Of a DNA stretch of 64,000 bases, positions 19,244 to 28,550 are shown piece after piece (the first letter of the stretch is position 1; the number at the start of each line of letters is the position of its first letter). The stretch is from positions 1 through 64,000 of the IMG/VR virus record IMGVR_UViG_3300045256_000282; one strand, given 5' to 3'. The position numbers were made by a program, and so were the translations under genes. The notes beneath the pieces were generated by a model. The model saw only the letters and a list, made by a program, of their open reading frames with translations. It was not told where the DNA came from and made no database searches. The stretch comes from a virus.

Positions 19244-20770
19244 ATGATGAAGGCTAAGGATCAAACTACAGAACGGATCGTTGCAGAAAGGTTTCCCAAA
19301 GGGGATACTGCTGAGAAGATCGCCTTAGATTTGAACCTAACAATATCCGCTATAAATTATCATATTAATAAGCTAAAACTCAGAAAGCCTATAGATAGGT
19401 CCAGACCATGCACAATATGTGGGATTGTCTTTGTACCTAAATATAGCGATGGTGTAAAGAAGAACAAGTATAAAACATGCTCTGTAGAATGTTATAGTGC
19501 ATTCCTGAGTAAGAGCCGTACTAAGTACTCCGAAGATGATATTCAAAAAGTTAAGGACCTAAAGAGTAGGGGTGTTGAAAACTTTTTGATTTCTAAACAA
19601 ACTGGGGTAGACATAAATAAGGTCAAAGAGATAGTAAGGAAAAACAACCTATTCTTAGACACTGCCGTTAAGACTAAAAATTCTCAAAAAGGTAAGGCAT
19701 TAAAAAACCCAGACCATATGTCCCACATGAGAAGCGGCCATATGGAACTTTCTGAGGAACAGTTTTACAAAAAAATTAAACTCATTGAGAAGGACATAGA
19801 ATTAGGTTTAGGCACAGCTTCTGGTTTGGCTGTAAAGTACGGATTGGTACCGGCCTCCGTAGTAGCAGTACTTAATAGGCAGGGAAAGAAGAGCCTTTTA
19901 AACGTCAAGGAGTCAACCGGACAAGTTGGTGTTAAAGAGTTTTTAGAAAGTATTGGCTTAAAAGTTTCCTACAACGACAGGAAAGCAATAAAACCCAAGG
20001 AGATTGACATCTACGTTGAGAGCAAGAAGATCGGTATCGAGTACTGCGGTATATACTGGCACTCAGACCTGTTCATAGACGATAATACCCACCTGGACAA
20101 GATGAAGATGGCCAATGCTGCGGGAATTCGTCTGATAACGATATTTGAGGATGAGTGGTTGAATAGGCAGGATCAGGTTAAGAACTTCCTTAAGGCTACA
20201 CTTGGTGTTAGCGATAGGAAGCTACACGGTCGAAAATGCACCGTTAAGATCATACCTGCCCTTGTCGGTAAGACCTTCATGGAAAACTATCATATACAAG
20301 GTGCTGCCATTAGGAGCATGGTCTATCTAGGGCTTTGGCATGAGGATGAACTGGTAGGTGTTATGAGTCTAGGTAGGCATCATAGGCGCTCAGCTAACGG
20401 TGAAGTGGTGTTGGATAGGTTATGTTTTAAGGATGGGGTTACCGTGTCAGGAGGATCCTCAAAGCTTCTGTGTGTAGCAATAGGGTGGGCTAAAAAACAA
20501 GGTTTTACGAAGATGGTAAGTTGGTCCGACAACAGGTGGTCCCAGGGTGACGTATACCGGGCCTGTGGCTTTAAGCTTGAAGAGGAGCTTAGGAGGGACT
20601 ATAGCTACGTTAAGCAAGCCGGGCGTGTCTCCAAGCAATCCTGCACCAAGGCAGCCTTAGCTAGGCTGGGTGCGGTAGGGGCTACTGAGAAGGAGATGGC
20701 CGAAAGCCTTGGGTATGCTAGGATTTGGGATTGCGGCAAGAAGCGATGGGTACTGGAAATCGAGCAATAA
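19244..20770 (+). CDS. Hef-like PD-(D/E)XK homing endonuclease with N-terminal HTH/Zn finger and C-terminal Mom/GNAT-like domain
   Basis: CTIC..CSVEC, EIDIYV..IGIEYCGIYWHS, IFEDEW, GGSSKLL, WSDNRWS, IWDCGK; own extended -10 (TGaTATACT, 19231-19239). Confidence 0.75.
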   Translation: MMKAKDQTTERIVAERFPKGDTAEKIALDLNLTISAINYHINKLKLRKPIDRSRPCTICGIVFVPKYSDGVKKNKYKTCSVECYSAFLSKSRTKYSEDDIQKVKDLKSRGVENFLISKQTGVDINKVKEIVRKNNLFLDTAVKTKNSQKGKALKNPDHMSHMRSGHMELSEEQFYKKIKLIEKDIELGLGTASGLAVKYGLVPASVVAVLNRQGKKSLLNVKESTGQVGVKEFLESIGLKVSYNDRKAIKPKEIDIYVESKKIGIEYCGIYWHSDLFIDDNTHLDKMKMANAAGIRLITIFEDEWLNRQDQVKNFLKATLGVSDRKLHGRKCTVKIIPALVGKTFMENYHIQGAAIRSMVYLGLWHEDELVGVMSLGRHHRRSANGEVVLDRLCFKDGVTVSGGSSKLLCVAIGWAKKQGFTKMVSWSDNRWSQGDVYRACGFKLEEELRRDYSYVKQAGRVSKQSCTKAALARLGAVGATEKEMAESLGYARIWDCGKKRWVLEIEQ

Positions 20771-20846
20771 TCTTATATAGGTAACATGACTGGTTCCCTG
20801 GAATTAACCAGTGGTACCTGATTATCGATAACAAAGGAGATGAATC

Positions 20847-21140
20847 ATGGCACTGTCAAAAGACGCAAAACGAAGACTCGAATCCGCAATCTGTGATCGT
20901 AAAGCTGCAGCAGAAATCGCTGCCGCTATCGACGCTGGTAAAAATGCTAAGGCTGCCTCTATCGCAGCTTTGGGCGTTACAGCAAACCTCCCTGCAGTCC
21001 CAGGAAGCTTTGCCGACCTCGCAGCAGCTCGCACCGCTGTTGAGGCTCAACGCGCCGCTGCAGAAGCTCGCTTGGATGCTATCGAAGCTAAGATCGATGC
21101 TACCCTTGCCGCTCTTAAAGCTGCTAAATTGATGGCTTAA
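20847..21140 (+). CDS. Small Ala-rich virion protein (possible head decoration/fibre)
   Basis: 97 aa, SD AAGGAG, AATCTT motif at 20769, followed by a terminator. Confidence 0.7.
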   Translation: MALSKDAKRRLESAICDRKAAAEIAAAIDAGKNAKAASIAALGVTANLPAVPGSFADLAAARTAVEAQRAAAEARLDAIEAKIDATLAALKAAKLMA

Positions 21141-21162
21141 TACTATATCAAATTAGTATACT

Positions 21163-21195
21163 AAGGGGCTGCTAGGAAACTAGCGGCCCTTTTTT
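21163..21195 (+). terminator. Rho-independent terminator between convergent genes
   Basis: AAGGGGCTGCTAG-GAAA-CTAGCGGCCCTT plus T run. Confidence 0.88.
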
Positions 21196-21198
21196 ATT

Positions 21199-21879
21199 TT
21201 ATAGACCGCCAACATGGGCCGCATGAGAGTGGGCAAGGATATTGTCCATATCGTTCAAAACGGCGTCAAGCTGCCTACGAACGCCCTCAATGTCCTGGTT
21301 TGCGTCGATCTCGTAGAACTGCGTGGCGGTGCCATTAAACTTATCCTGATCGATATACTTGCGAAAACTAGATCGCACCTTCTCCTGAAAAGGAACGCCC
21401 TTCATTTCTATGACGTCCATACCCTCTCCACGCTTGATCCGGCGAGCAAGTGCGGTTTCAGTGTTGACCGAGAAGTAGATTACCACGTCCGGTAGTAGGG
21501 TGCTGTTCTTAAGAAGTCCGTTATACAGGCTGTTAGTAAACTCTTCCGAAACGTTATGGTCAGTGTAGGAAAGGTGGCTATACCAGCCTCGGTCAGAAAC
21601 AACCAGGTGTGGTATGTTTGAGCTTTCGGCCAAGGATCTGAACCAGGCGTCGTTCTCGTATCGCATGGCCGAGAAGATAAGCTCCATGGATTCGCCGCGA
21701 AGGTTGCTTTCTGGGTTTAAAACGAATTCTCGCATCTTGACGCAAGACTGGATATGTGGATTCCCGACCTCTCGGGTCTCAACGACCTTCAAACCCCTGG
21801 CTTGTGCGGCCTCAATAAAGTATTTAAGACCCGTAGTCTTCCCTGCGCCGTCAGTGCCTTCGAACTCAATTTTAAGCAT
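21199..21879 (-). CDS. tmk: Thymidylate (dTMP) kinase
   Basis: FEGTDGAGKTT, TRE, VVSDR, LPDVVIY, IDANQDIEGV. Confidence 0.92.
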   Translation of the reverse strand: MLKIEFEGTDGAGKTTGLKYFIEAAQARGLKVVETREVGNPHIQSCVKMREFVLNPESNLRGESMELIFSAMRYENDAWFRSLAESSNIPHLVVSDRGWYSHLSYTDHNVSEEFTNSLYNGLLKNSTLLPDVVIYFSVNTETALARRIKRGEGMDVIEMKGVPFQEKVRSSFRKYIDQDKFNGTATQFYEIDANQDIEGVRRQLDAVLNDMDNILAHSHAAHVGGL

Positions 21880-21985
21880 CCTCTAACTCCTTGTTTTTAT
21901 TAAATAACCCGTAGCTAAGATTTACGTCAGCCTCCGTATTTACAATACTACCCTTTGTGATATTATGAAGTCAAGGGTCGATGGC

Positions 21986-21993
21986 AATCTTAA
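21986..21993 (+). promoter_or_regulatory. Putative late promoter AATCTTnA
   Basis: AATCTTAA upstream of 22018. Confidence 0.6.
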
Positions 21994-22017
21994 ACAGAGA
22001 ACCCTTTTGGAGGCACT

Positions 22018-22404
22018 GTGAGATTATACGCCAAACCGATTAAAAATTTTGCAAACATCAACCAGTTTGATTATGCAACCGAGTGGAATGTCCGTAAAGA
22101 TGAGGACAATTCCCTTTATTTTCAACTAGTTGACCTTGACCAGGACGGCTTAAGATACCTTCCTACCGACCCATCCTATTCTGTTGTTGTGACCTTTCCA
22201 TCCCTGAATACGGCTGGGACCCTAGTAAAAAGCGCCGTTCAGGCAAGCCCCCTAGATAACTCGATCTGGCGGGTGGACCTTTCTTCGACTGAAGTTCCTT
22301 TTAGCGGGAACGTTCAGTTTGCCCTAACTGAAGGTACCAAGGTCCGAAGGTTCTCCTTGATCGATGGTATCGTTGTAGAGGGTGTCGATAACGGAGGTTG
22401 CTGA
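22018..22404 (+). CDS. Hypothetical virion protein
   Basis: 128 aa, GTG start after GGAGG. Confidence 0.75.
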   Translation: MRLYAKPIKNFANINQFDYATEWNVRKDEDNSLYFQLVDLDQDGLRYLPTDPSYSVVVTFPSLNTAGTLVKSAVQASPLDNSIWRVDLSSTEVPFSGNVQFALTEGTKVRRFSLIDGIVVEGVDNGGC

Positions 22405-22565
22405 TGGCTAAAAGACGACGTGCCTCAAAACGTTCCGTAAGATGCACCCTATGCACAACCCACAGGTGGTTTGGTAACTCTAAGGGTCGTTTTAAAGCAA
22501 AAGATGAACAGCTTAAAAAGCTAAGCAAAAAAGAGATCAAAGATGTCAGACTACACAAAGAGTAA
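22404..22565 (+). CDS. Small basic CxxC protein (53 aa)
   Basis: Below the ORF-track cutoff; MAKRRRASKRSVRCTLCTTHRWFGNSKGRFK...; TGATG coupling with GGAGG upstream. Confidence 0.6.
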   Translation: MAKRRRASKRSVRCTLCTTHRWFGNSKGRFKAKDEQLKKLSKKEIKDVRLHKE

Positions 22566-23379
22566 AAGTTTTCCAACGACGACGTACCCGATACATGCCA
22601 ACGGCACCTCAGGCCTACTTAAGCGGGTTGAGCCCCTACTCACCCCAGAGAAGTTAAAAAGTCGCCATTTAAAAGGCGTACTCGAGTTGGCAAAAAGGTT
22701 TGGAATTACCTACACGAACGATGAGCTTAAGGATAGGATCAACCTAGCAACAAATCAGACCGAGATTGAGCTTGGCGTACCGATCTTTGCGGAGCAATTT
22801 AAGGAAAAGCATCCTTTTGACGTAAACTTGTACCGGGCATTTATTCATATCAGGACAGAACAAGGTCCGATCGTTTCTTTAGAAGACTTCTCCATCGTTT
22901 CCTCTGATCAACAAACAATTTTCAACGTGCCGATCCAGTGGGTTGAGACTGCTCAATTCCATCAGCGACAGATCAACGTAATTCCGCTACTCTCAAACTT
23001 CGGCGGCACTACGGTGAACACCCCAGTAGCTTCTGGCGGTATCGCATATCTTAGCATCTTACTTAACCAGTTTGGCTTTATTCCAAGTTACTGGCAGGTT
23101 ACCTATACCGCTGGAGTTTGTAAAGATCCAGGATGTGTTCCTGTTGTAGTAAATGAGCTTATCGGGACGATAGCCGCCATGGAAATGCTTAGCAGCATCG
23201 CCCCAAACAACCTACACACCTCCGTGAGCCTTTCTCAAGACGGTATCGGGCAAAGCTCAAGCAATCCTGGGCCTCAGTTATTTCAGATGAGGATGCAAGA
23301 ACTTGAAGCAAAGAAGAAAACTCTGATGGGACAAATTAAGAGGGTTTTCAGCGCCAAGTACTTTCTTTCGAACATCTAA
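22543..23379 (+). CDS. Probable head-tail adaptor/neck protein
   Basis: WQVTYTAG, SLSQDGIGQS; position in the head-neck module. Confidence 0.65.
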   Translation: MSDYTKSKSFPTTTYPIHANGTSGLLKRVEPLLTPEKLKSRHLKGVLELAKRFGITYTNDELKDRINLATNQTEIELGVPIFAEQFKEKHPFDVNLYRAFIHIRTEQGPIVSLEDFSIVSSDQQTIFNVPIQWVETAQFHQRQINVIPLLSNFGGTTVNTPVASGGIAYLSILLNQFGFIPSYWQVTYTAGVCKDPGCVPVVVNELIGTIAAMEMLSSIAPNNLHTSVSLSQDGIGQSSSNPGPQLFQMRMQELEAKKKTLMGQIKRVFSAKYFLSNI

Positions 23380-23387
23380 GAGGAATC

Positions 23388-24446
23388 ATGAGAAACCTAG
23401 TTTCAAGACCACACATCATTCTTTCGGTAGAAAATCCGGGTTACCCCGCATCTTCTCCCGTATCTCACGATGTGGCCGTTAAGAGTCTAGAAAAATTAGG
23501 TGGTGGCAAGGTTCATACGATCAAAGGGCATTACGGGAAGCCTGAGCAGAGTATCTTGATAAGCGATCCTAGTGACGAGCAGGCGCAGTTTGCAAGGCAC
23601 CTTGCCCACTCTACCGGGCAGGAATCCCACATAGAGAGTGACGGACATAGTCACAAGATGTATTTTAATAACGGACCTAAGGCTGGCTCTATCGTACATG
23701 GTCGCGGAACTAAGTGGCACTCAAAGGCACCAAAAGACTACTTCACCACCCTTCCGTCTGGGGAAACTTTTACTCATAACTTTGAGATGGAGAAGGCTGA
23801 AAAAACACCGGGCTCAGGTGTAAAGATTAATCCTCAGCATGGAGCACAGATTGCTCAGGCATATGAAAGCATGAAACATGACCCTTCTCATCCCGATGTT
23901 AAGGCGGCGTATGGGGCACTTATAAGCGAGACTAAGGATCAGTTCAAAAAGATCTTGGGTTCTGGATTTAAGATTTCTAAGATAAAACCAGGCCAGGCAA
24001 ACCCATACAAAACTTCTAAAGATATGCATCACGATATAGAACACAACAAGCATCTTTGGTATTTTCCAACAGAGGCTGGGTTTGGTTCTAGTGATCAATC
24101 AAGTTCTGATCATCCCATGCTTGCGCCTACGGAGTTTACACACGGAGATCACAAGCTTCTTGCTAATGACATGTTCAGGATAGTACATGACATAAATGGG
24201 CACCATCTGGGTGGAAAAAGTGGATTTGGTCCAAAGGGAGAGCATGAGGCATACCTTCATCACAAGACTATGTACTCACCTATGGCAGGGAAGGCTTTGG
24301 CTACCGAAACGATGGGACAAAATAATACAGTTAATTTTGGACGTCATGGTGAAAATAATCGTAAGAATCCTTCTAAAACGATATATGCTGATCAAAAAGC
24401 TGGACTTTTGCCTGATAACATCATAAACGGAGATTGGCACAAATGA
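23388..24446 (+). CDS. Two-domain putative internal head protein: SAM-lyase/DUF3293-like N-domain plus HDxxGH metallo-domain
   Basis: ILSVENP..GHYGKPEQSILI..GQES; MEKA linker; FRIVHDINGH..GE..LATETMGQN. Confidence 0.55.
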   Translation: MRNLVSRPHIILSVENPGYPASSPVSHDVAVKSLEKLGGGKVHTIKGHYGKPEQSILISDPSDEQAQFARHLAHSTGQESHIESDGHSHKMYFNNGPKAGSIVHGRGTKWHSKAPKDYFTTLPSGETFTHNFEMEKAEKTPGSGVKINPQHGAQIAQAYESMKHDPSHPDVKAAYGALISETKDQFKKILGSGFKISKIKPGQANPYKTSKDMHHDIEHNKHLWYFPTEAGFGSSDQSSSDHPMLAPTEFTHGDHKLLANDMFRIVHDINGHHLGGKSGFGPKGEHEAYLHHKTMYSPMAGKALATETMGQNNTVNFGRHGENNRKNPSKTIYADQKAGLLPDNIINGDWHK

Positions 24447-26878
24447 AACACCGTCATTACCGTAGGATGATGTCCGATTCCTTAAAAGAGATACAGGATC
24501 TTGATAAGGCAGATGTAAAAATCTCAGAAAAAGATTTTGTTGATGAGCATAAGAAGCTTTTAGATGTACTTGAACATCCTACTAAGAAAAAACTTAAAGA
24601 AGAGGCCAAAGATCAGGGTAAGGAACTTAAAGAAGAACTTGCTAAAGCCCCAATCGCATACCACGGCAGCACCGTTCCTTTTGAGGAACATGCGAAGCCT
24701 AAGAAGGACCCTAAGAGTCAACTTAACTATGGACCCGGCATATACTACGCTACGGACCCCGAAGAAGCTTCTAGTTACGCAGAGCCTCAGATTGCTAGGA
24801 TCAATGATCACTCTAGCGCACTTACTGAGGTTCAAAAAGAGCCCGGATATAGAGAATACCGCGACTCTGTTGCATCTAAGATGGGGTTGTCTAGCTCCGT
24901 AGATACGAAACATAAAAACTGGGATAAATTTGCAGATCATATGCTTTCTTACGACAAGCAGAAGATCAACGAAAAGCTTAAGCTTGCTCCAAACGTAAGG
25001 CGATCGGATGTTCAAGTTAATAAACCTTTTGATCCCTACAACAAGAAACACGCGCTAGCAGTCTATCAGGCACTAGGCATAGAACCAGACCACTTCAGGC
25101 TTGGTCAGGAGCATAAGGCCGGTTCCAACCTTTATGGACAGATCGCAAACCACGATAAGTTTGACAATCTAAAGTGGGGAGAAAAAACTCATAAAGTAAA
25201 TCAGGCAATAAAAAGAGCTGGGTTTGACGGTATCCACGACAAGAAGCTCGGGCACATTATCGCTTTTGACCCTAAGCAGATCAAGCCAGCATATGGTGCT
25301 GCTAAAAAACCTAAGAAGCTTGCCGCATCTGAGCTTGAGAAGTCTAAAAACGTTCGCGAACAGCGAAAGAAGGTGTTCGGTACTGACGCGAATGCTCCTA
25401 GAACGTCTGAGAAGCGCATGAAGATGATGCAGATGATTAGACAATACGCTCAAAAGAAGTACGGCCTTCCTCTTGTAACAGCTTCTGGTAAGAGAGATGA
25501 GTCCGGTAAGCTTAAGGAGCAAAAAGGAATTGAGGGTCAGCCTTACGACGTATTTACTCCTAAAGGCGTGGCTCAAGAAAAGAAGCGCCTGGCTCAGATT
25601 AAAGAAAAAGGAACCAAGCGAGTAGATCCAAAACCTGACTGGCGTTCTGGTCAGCTTGAGACTCAGCCGTCTCCAGATGCTGCCGTACACGAGCTTTCAC
25701 ATCTTGACCTTGCTCCAGAGGGTATGACGGCTCCAAAATTTCAAACTGAGATGGATCGTCTTTGGGGAGATTCTCAAAGCAAATACGGTCATATGCAGCA
25801 AAAGAAGACTCGCGGTGAAATTCAGCCGATGTCTATCGAAAATCCAATACGAAGAGAAATGGGCCTACCCGCTAATAAGCAAACAAAACCAGTTACTGCT
25901 AACCAGTCAGTTCTTGATGACCCTACTGGAAAAGAAAAACGTTTTGTTGAAGGTAAAGATGCTAACGGCAAAAAAGCTTTTTACGATCGTCAATCTAGGC
26001 TTCAAAATCAAGATACTAAAGACAGACGACAGCAGATTCAAGAAGGAAGCTTAAAATTTCATCCTGAAAAGGGATGGCAACAAGCTTCGGACACCAATGC
26101 CCTTATTAATTTGAGGGGTAGAGGTTTGAAGGAAGAGGCTGCAAACAGACTTAAGGCAAGGCTTGGATTTCAGTCCCAACCAAAGAAGTTGGCGGCAAGT
26201 GAAGATTTAAAAAAAGAACAGTGGGAAAGAAAAAGAACAGGATCTTCTCTTAACCCTTTGCACGGCGTAATATCGCCGGAAGGAAAGTTTTATCCTATGA
26301 ATGCAGATGAGATGCATTCTAACAAGATAATTCAAGCAAGTCTCCCTCCTTACGCCAAGGTTAGCTATACGCCTGGCGAGCTTGAAAACGAAGTAAACAA
26401 AAAGATGGGCGAAGGATGGATTTCTGTTGGAACCGCTGGGGAACCTAGCTTCATCGGACACTCTTCTGTATTAAGCAACCCAAGACATCCCGCCACCGCC
26501 GCACTTAGGGGTCTTATTCGTGAAGCTCAAAATGATCCAAAAAACACCGCTGGTTTTTGGACTGGTCATGTTGAAGTTTCTCATAGTGACAAGAAGCCCA
26601 TCAAGGGTGCAGAAACTCTTGAGCACGCCCCTCATGTGGGTTATGTAAGTGCTGATCACTTTGTCAGGCACGGCACGTTTAAGCCACACAAAGATTTGGG
26701 ACGATCCGAAATTGAAAAAAGCTGGTCGGCAAAGCTTGCAGCGAAATACAAGGCCCAAAGACCTCAAACTCCTCAAGAAATTAAAGAATCAAAAGAAAAA
26801 CACAAGAAGGCAATGGAAGCTGCACTGGCTGCTATAGACAAGATCAAAAAGCCAACTAAGCCTGGAGGTCAGAAATGA
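24434..26878 (+). CDS. Polyvalent multi-domain protein: ART-like domain, HExxH zincin, unknown domain
   Basis: AYHGS..GPGIYYATDPEEASSYA..GFDGI..AFDPKQIK; AVHELSH..ENPIRREMGLP; repeated PKKLAASE linker. Confidence 0.65.
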   Translation: MAQMKHRHYRRMMSDSLKEIQDLDKADVKISEKDFVDEHKKLLDVLEHPTKKKLKEEAKDQGKELKEELAKAPIAYHGSTVPFEEHAKPKKDPKSQLNYGPGIYYATDPEEASSYAEPQIARINDHSSALTEVQKEPGYREYRDSVASKMGLSSSVDTKHKNWDKFADHMLSYDKQKINEKLKLAPNVRRSDVQVNKPFDPYNKKHALAVYQALGIEPDHFRLGQEHKAGSNLYGQIANHDKFDNLKWGEKTHKVNQAIKRAGFDGIHDKKLGHIIAFDPKQIKPAYGAAKKPKKLAASELEKSKNVREQRKKVFGTDANAPRTSEKRMKMMQMIRQYAQKKYGLPLVTASGKRDESGKLKEQKGIEGQPYDVFTPKGVAQEKKRLAQIKEKGTKRVDPKPDWRSGQLETQPSPDAAVHELSHLDLAPEGMTAPKFQTEMDRLWGDSQSKYGHMQQKKTRGEIQPMSIENPIRREMGLPANKQTKPVTANQSVLDDPTGKEKRFVEGKDANGKKAFYDRQSRLQNQDTKDRRQQIQEGSLKFHPEKGWQQASDTNALINLRGRGLKEEAANRLKARLGFQSQPKKLAASEDLKKEQWERKRTGSSLNPLHGVISPEGKFYPMNADEMHSNKIIQASLPPYAKVSYTPGELENEVNKKMGEGWISVGTAGEPSFIGHSSVLSNPRHPATAALRGLIREAQNDPKNTAGFWTGHVEVSHSDKKPIKGAETLEHAPHVGYVSADHFVRHGTFKPHKDLGRSEIEKSWSAKLAAKYKAQRPQTPQEIKESKEKHKKAMEAALAAIDKIKKPTKPGGQK

Positions 26879-27426
26879 TCTGGGGAAGACTAAAAAAGAA
26901 CATTGAAGATAAGTTGATACCGGCAGCTCACAAGGAAAAGCTTTTTAAACAAAGAGAAAAATTCTCCAAGTCTGCAAAAGATGAGTCTTTAAAGCTTGAA
27001 CACTATTCTCATGAGCAAAACTTAAAAGAGATCGACCCCAAGAAGATGGGCTCTGGGGCAGACGCTCAAACAAAAAGAGGTGGCCCTATGGAGCACCCTC
27101 ATAGCTTTTTTTATAGAAGCGGCCATCCCCTACCCGAAGAAGATTCTCATATTCATCGTCAGGCTAGTAGCAAGTATCATGTTGAGTTGCCTTCAGATGT
27201 AAAACTTTACGACCTATCTACAGATCCTCATAGACTCAGAGAAAAACTAATACAAGAAACAAAGCATAGACAGGTAAACCCTGGGCACCCAACACCAGAC
27301 GAGCTTCATGAAAGACTCAAAAGCCACGGCTATCATGGGTTTTACTATTCTAAACATCCCTCAATGTCCAGCGTAGTTGCTCTATATGACAAGGTTCCAG
27401 TAAAATCTGAGGAGAAGAAAAAATGA
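26875..27426 (+). CDS. Putative ADP-ribosyltransferase-fold protein
   Basis: LEHYS..IDPKKMGSG..SFFY..GYHGFY, the same motif order as the upstream ART-like domain. Confidence 0.45.
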   Translation: MIWGRLKKNIEDKLIPAAHKEKLFKQREKFSKSAKDESLKLEHYSHEQNLKEIDPKKMGSGADAQTKRGGPMEHPHSFFYRSGHPLPEEDSHIHRQASSKYHVELPSDVKLYDLSTDPHRLREKLIQETKHRQVNPGHPTPDELHERLKSHGYHGFYYSKHPSMSSVVALYDKVPVKSEEKKK

Positions 27427-28529
27427 TGGATTCTCTAAAGAAATCTCATGAAAAGAACATGGCTCACAATGGCCTAGCGTTGTTGTACCCGGTCTCTGTT
27501 ATGGGAAGACACATGAGATCTAACGGGATACCACACCATGTTACGGTGAAGTTTTTTGATAAGCCAGAGATTACCGCAGATGATGCTCATGACTACGCTC
27601 AAAACGAAAATTTAAAAACTCCAAACCCTTACGACATTATGGTTACTCCTAAGGTTTTTAAAAATAGATTTGGCGAAGACGTACATGTTCTTGCTCTTGA
27701 AGGGTCGGGAATTGATCACGTAAAACAAGCAAACGCAAATGGCTCCCATCTTGGCCAGCCCGTAAATTACAAGTTTACCCCTCACATAAGTGTGGACAAA
27801 GAAACTCACGATAGGGTTGCCTCTATGGGAAGGCCAGTAAAAGCCAGTGAGCTGGGTATTAAGTTTGGCCCACCAGAACTTAGACATGGTCCCAGAGTGG
27901 TTGCCACCTATAATAAGATCGAAAAGAATATGTTTGGTATTGAGATTGAGGATGTTGAACTTAAAAAGTCCTTAAAACATACGGCTGCCGCGACCGCCGC
28001 GCTGATGGGTCTTATGGGTAATCCAAACATGGCTGGCTCTATTTCTGAAAAACCGCCTGTGGTTGCCCAACCTCAGGCAAACAAGGGCAGGATGCTTAGC
28101 GCTATAGCTGCTGTAGAATCTAGCTCAGGTAAAGATACACATCACGAGCCTTTGCATGGTATGCATCAAGGTGAAAGCGCTTATGGAAAGTACGGACTTA
28201 CGCCGATTACGGTTAGGGAAACCGTAGGTCGACACCCGGATCTTAAAAGAGCACACAGAGGAGTTTTATCTTTAAAAGGCAAGGATTTTCAATCCTACAT
28301 GCAAAAAAATCCAAAACTAGAGGAAGAGGTGGCCTCACGCCATTACGACAGATTAAACAAGCTCTTCCACGGAGACCCTGGAAAAATGGGTTATGCCTGG
28401 TTAAATGGGATAACTGGGGGTCTTAGAGCCGCCAAACAAGGGTTTGATTTTGACAACCATTGGCATGTTAAAAAGATCAAAAATGCGTATCAAACTATTG
28501 AAAACACTAAGAATTCTCAAAAAAAGTAA
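27423..28529 (+). CDS. 2H phosphodiesterase (Acb1-like) fused to a lysozyme-like muramidase domain
   Basis: HVTV and PHISV ~80 aa apart; LKKS linker; AIAAVESSSG..AYGKYGL. Confidence 0.7.
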   Translation: MMDSLKKSHEKNMAHNGLALLYPVSVMGRHMRSNGIPHHVTVKFFDKPEITADDAHDYAQNENLKTPNPYDIMVTPKVFKNRFGEDVHVLALEGSGIDHVKQANANGSHLGQPVNYKFTPHISVDKETHDRVASMGRPVKASELGIKFGPPELRHGPRVVATYNKIEKNMFGIEIEDVELKKSLKHTAAATAALMGLMGNPNMAGSISEKPPVVAQPQANKGRMLSAIAAVESSSGKDTHHEPLHGMHQGESAYGKYGLTPITVRETVGRHPDLKRAHRGVLSLKGKDFQSYMQKNPKLEEEVASRHYDRLNKLFHGDPGKMGYAWLNGITGGLRAAKQGFDFDNHWHVKKIKNAYQTIENTKNSQKK

Positions 28530-28535
28530 TCTTAA
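28528..28535 (+). promoter_or_regulatory. Putative late promoter AATCTTnA
   Basis: AATCTTAA upstream of 28551. Confidence 0.6.
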
Positions 28536-28550
28536 CCTATTGGAGACGAT

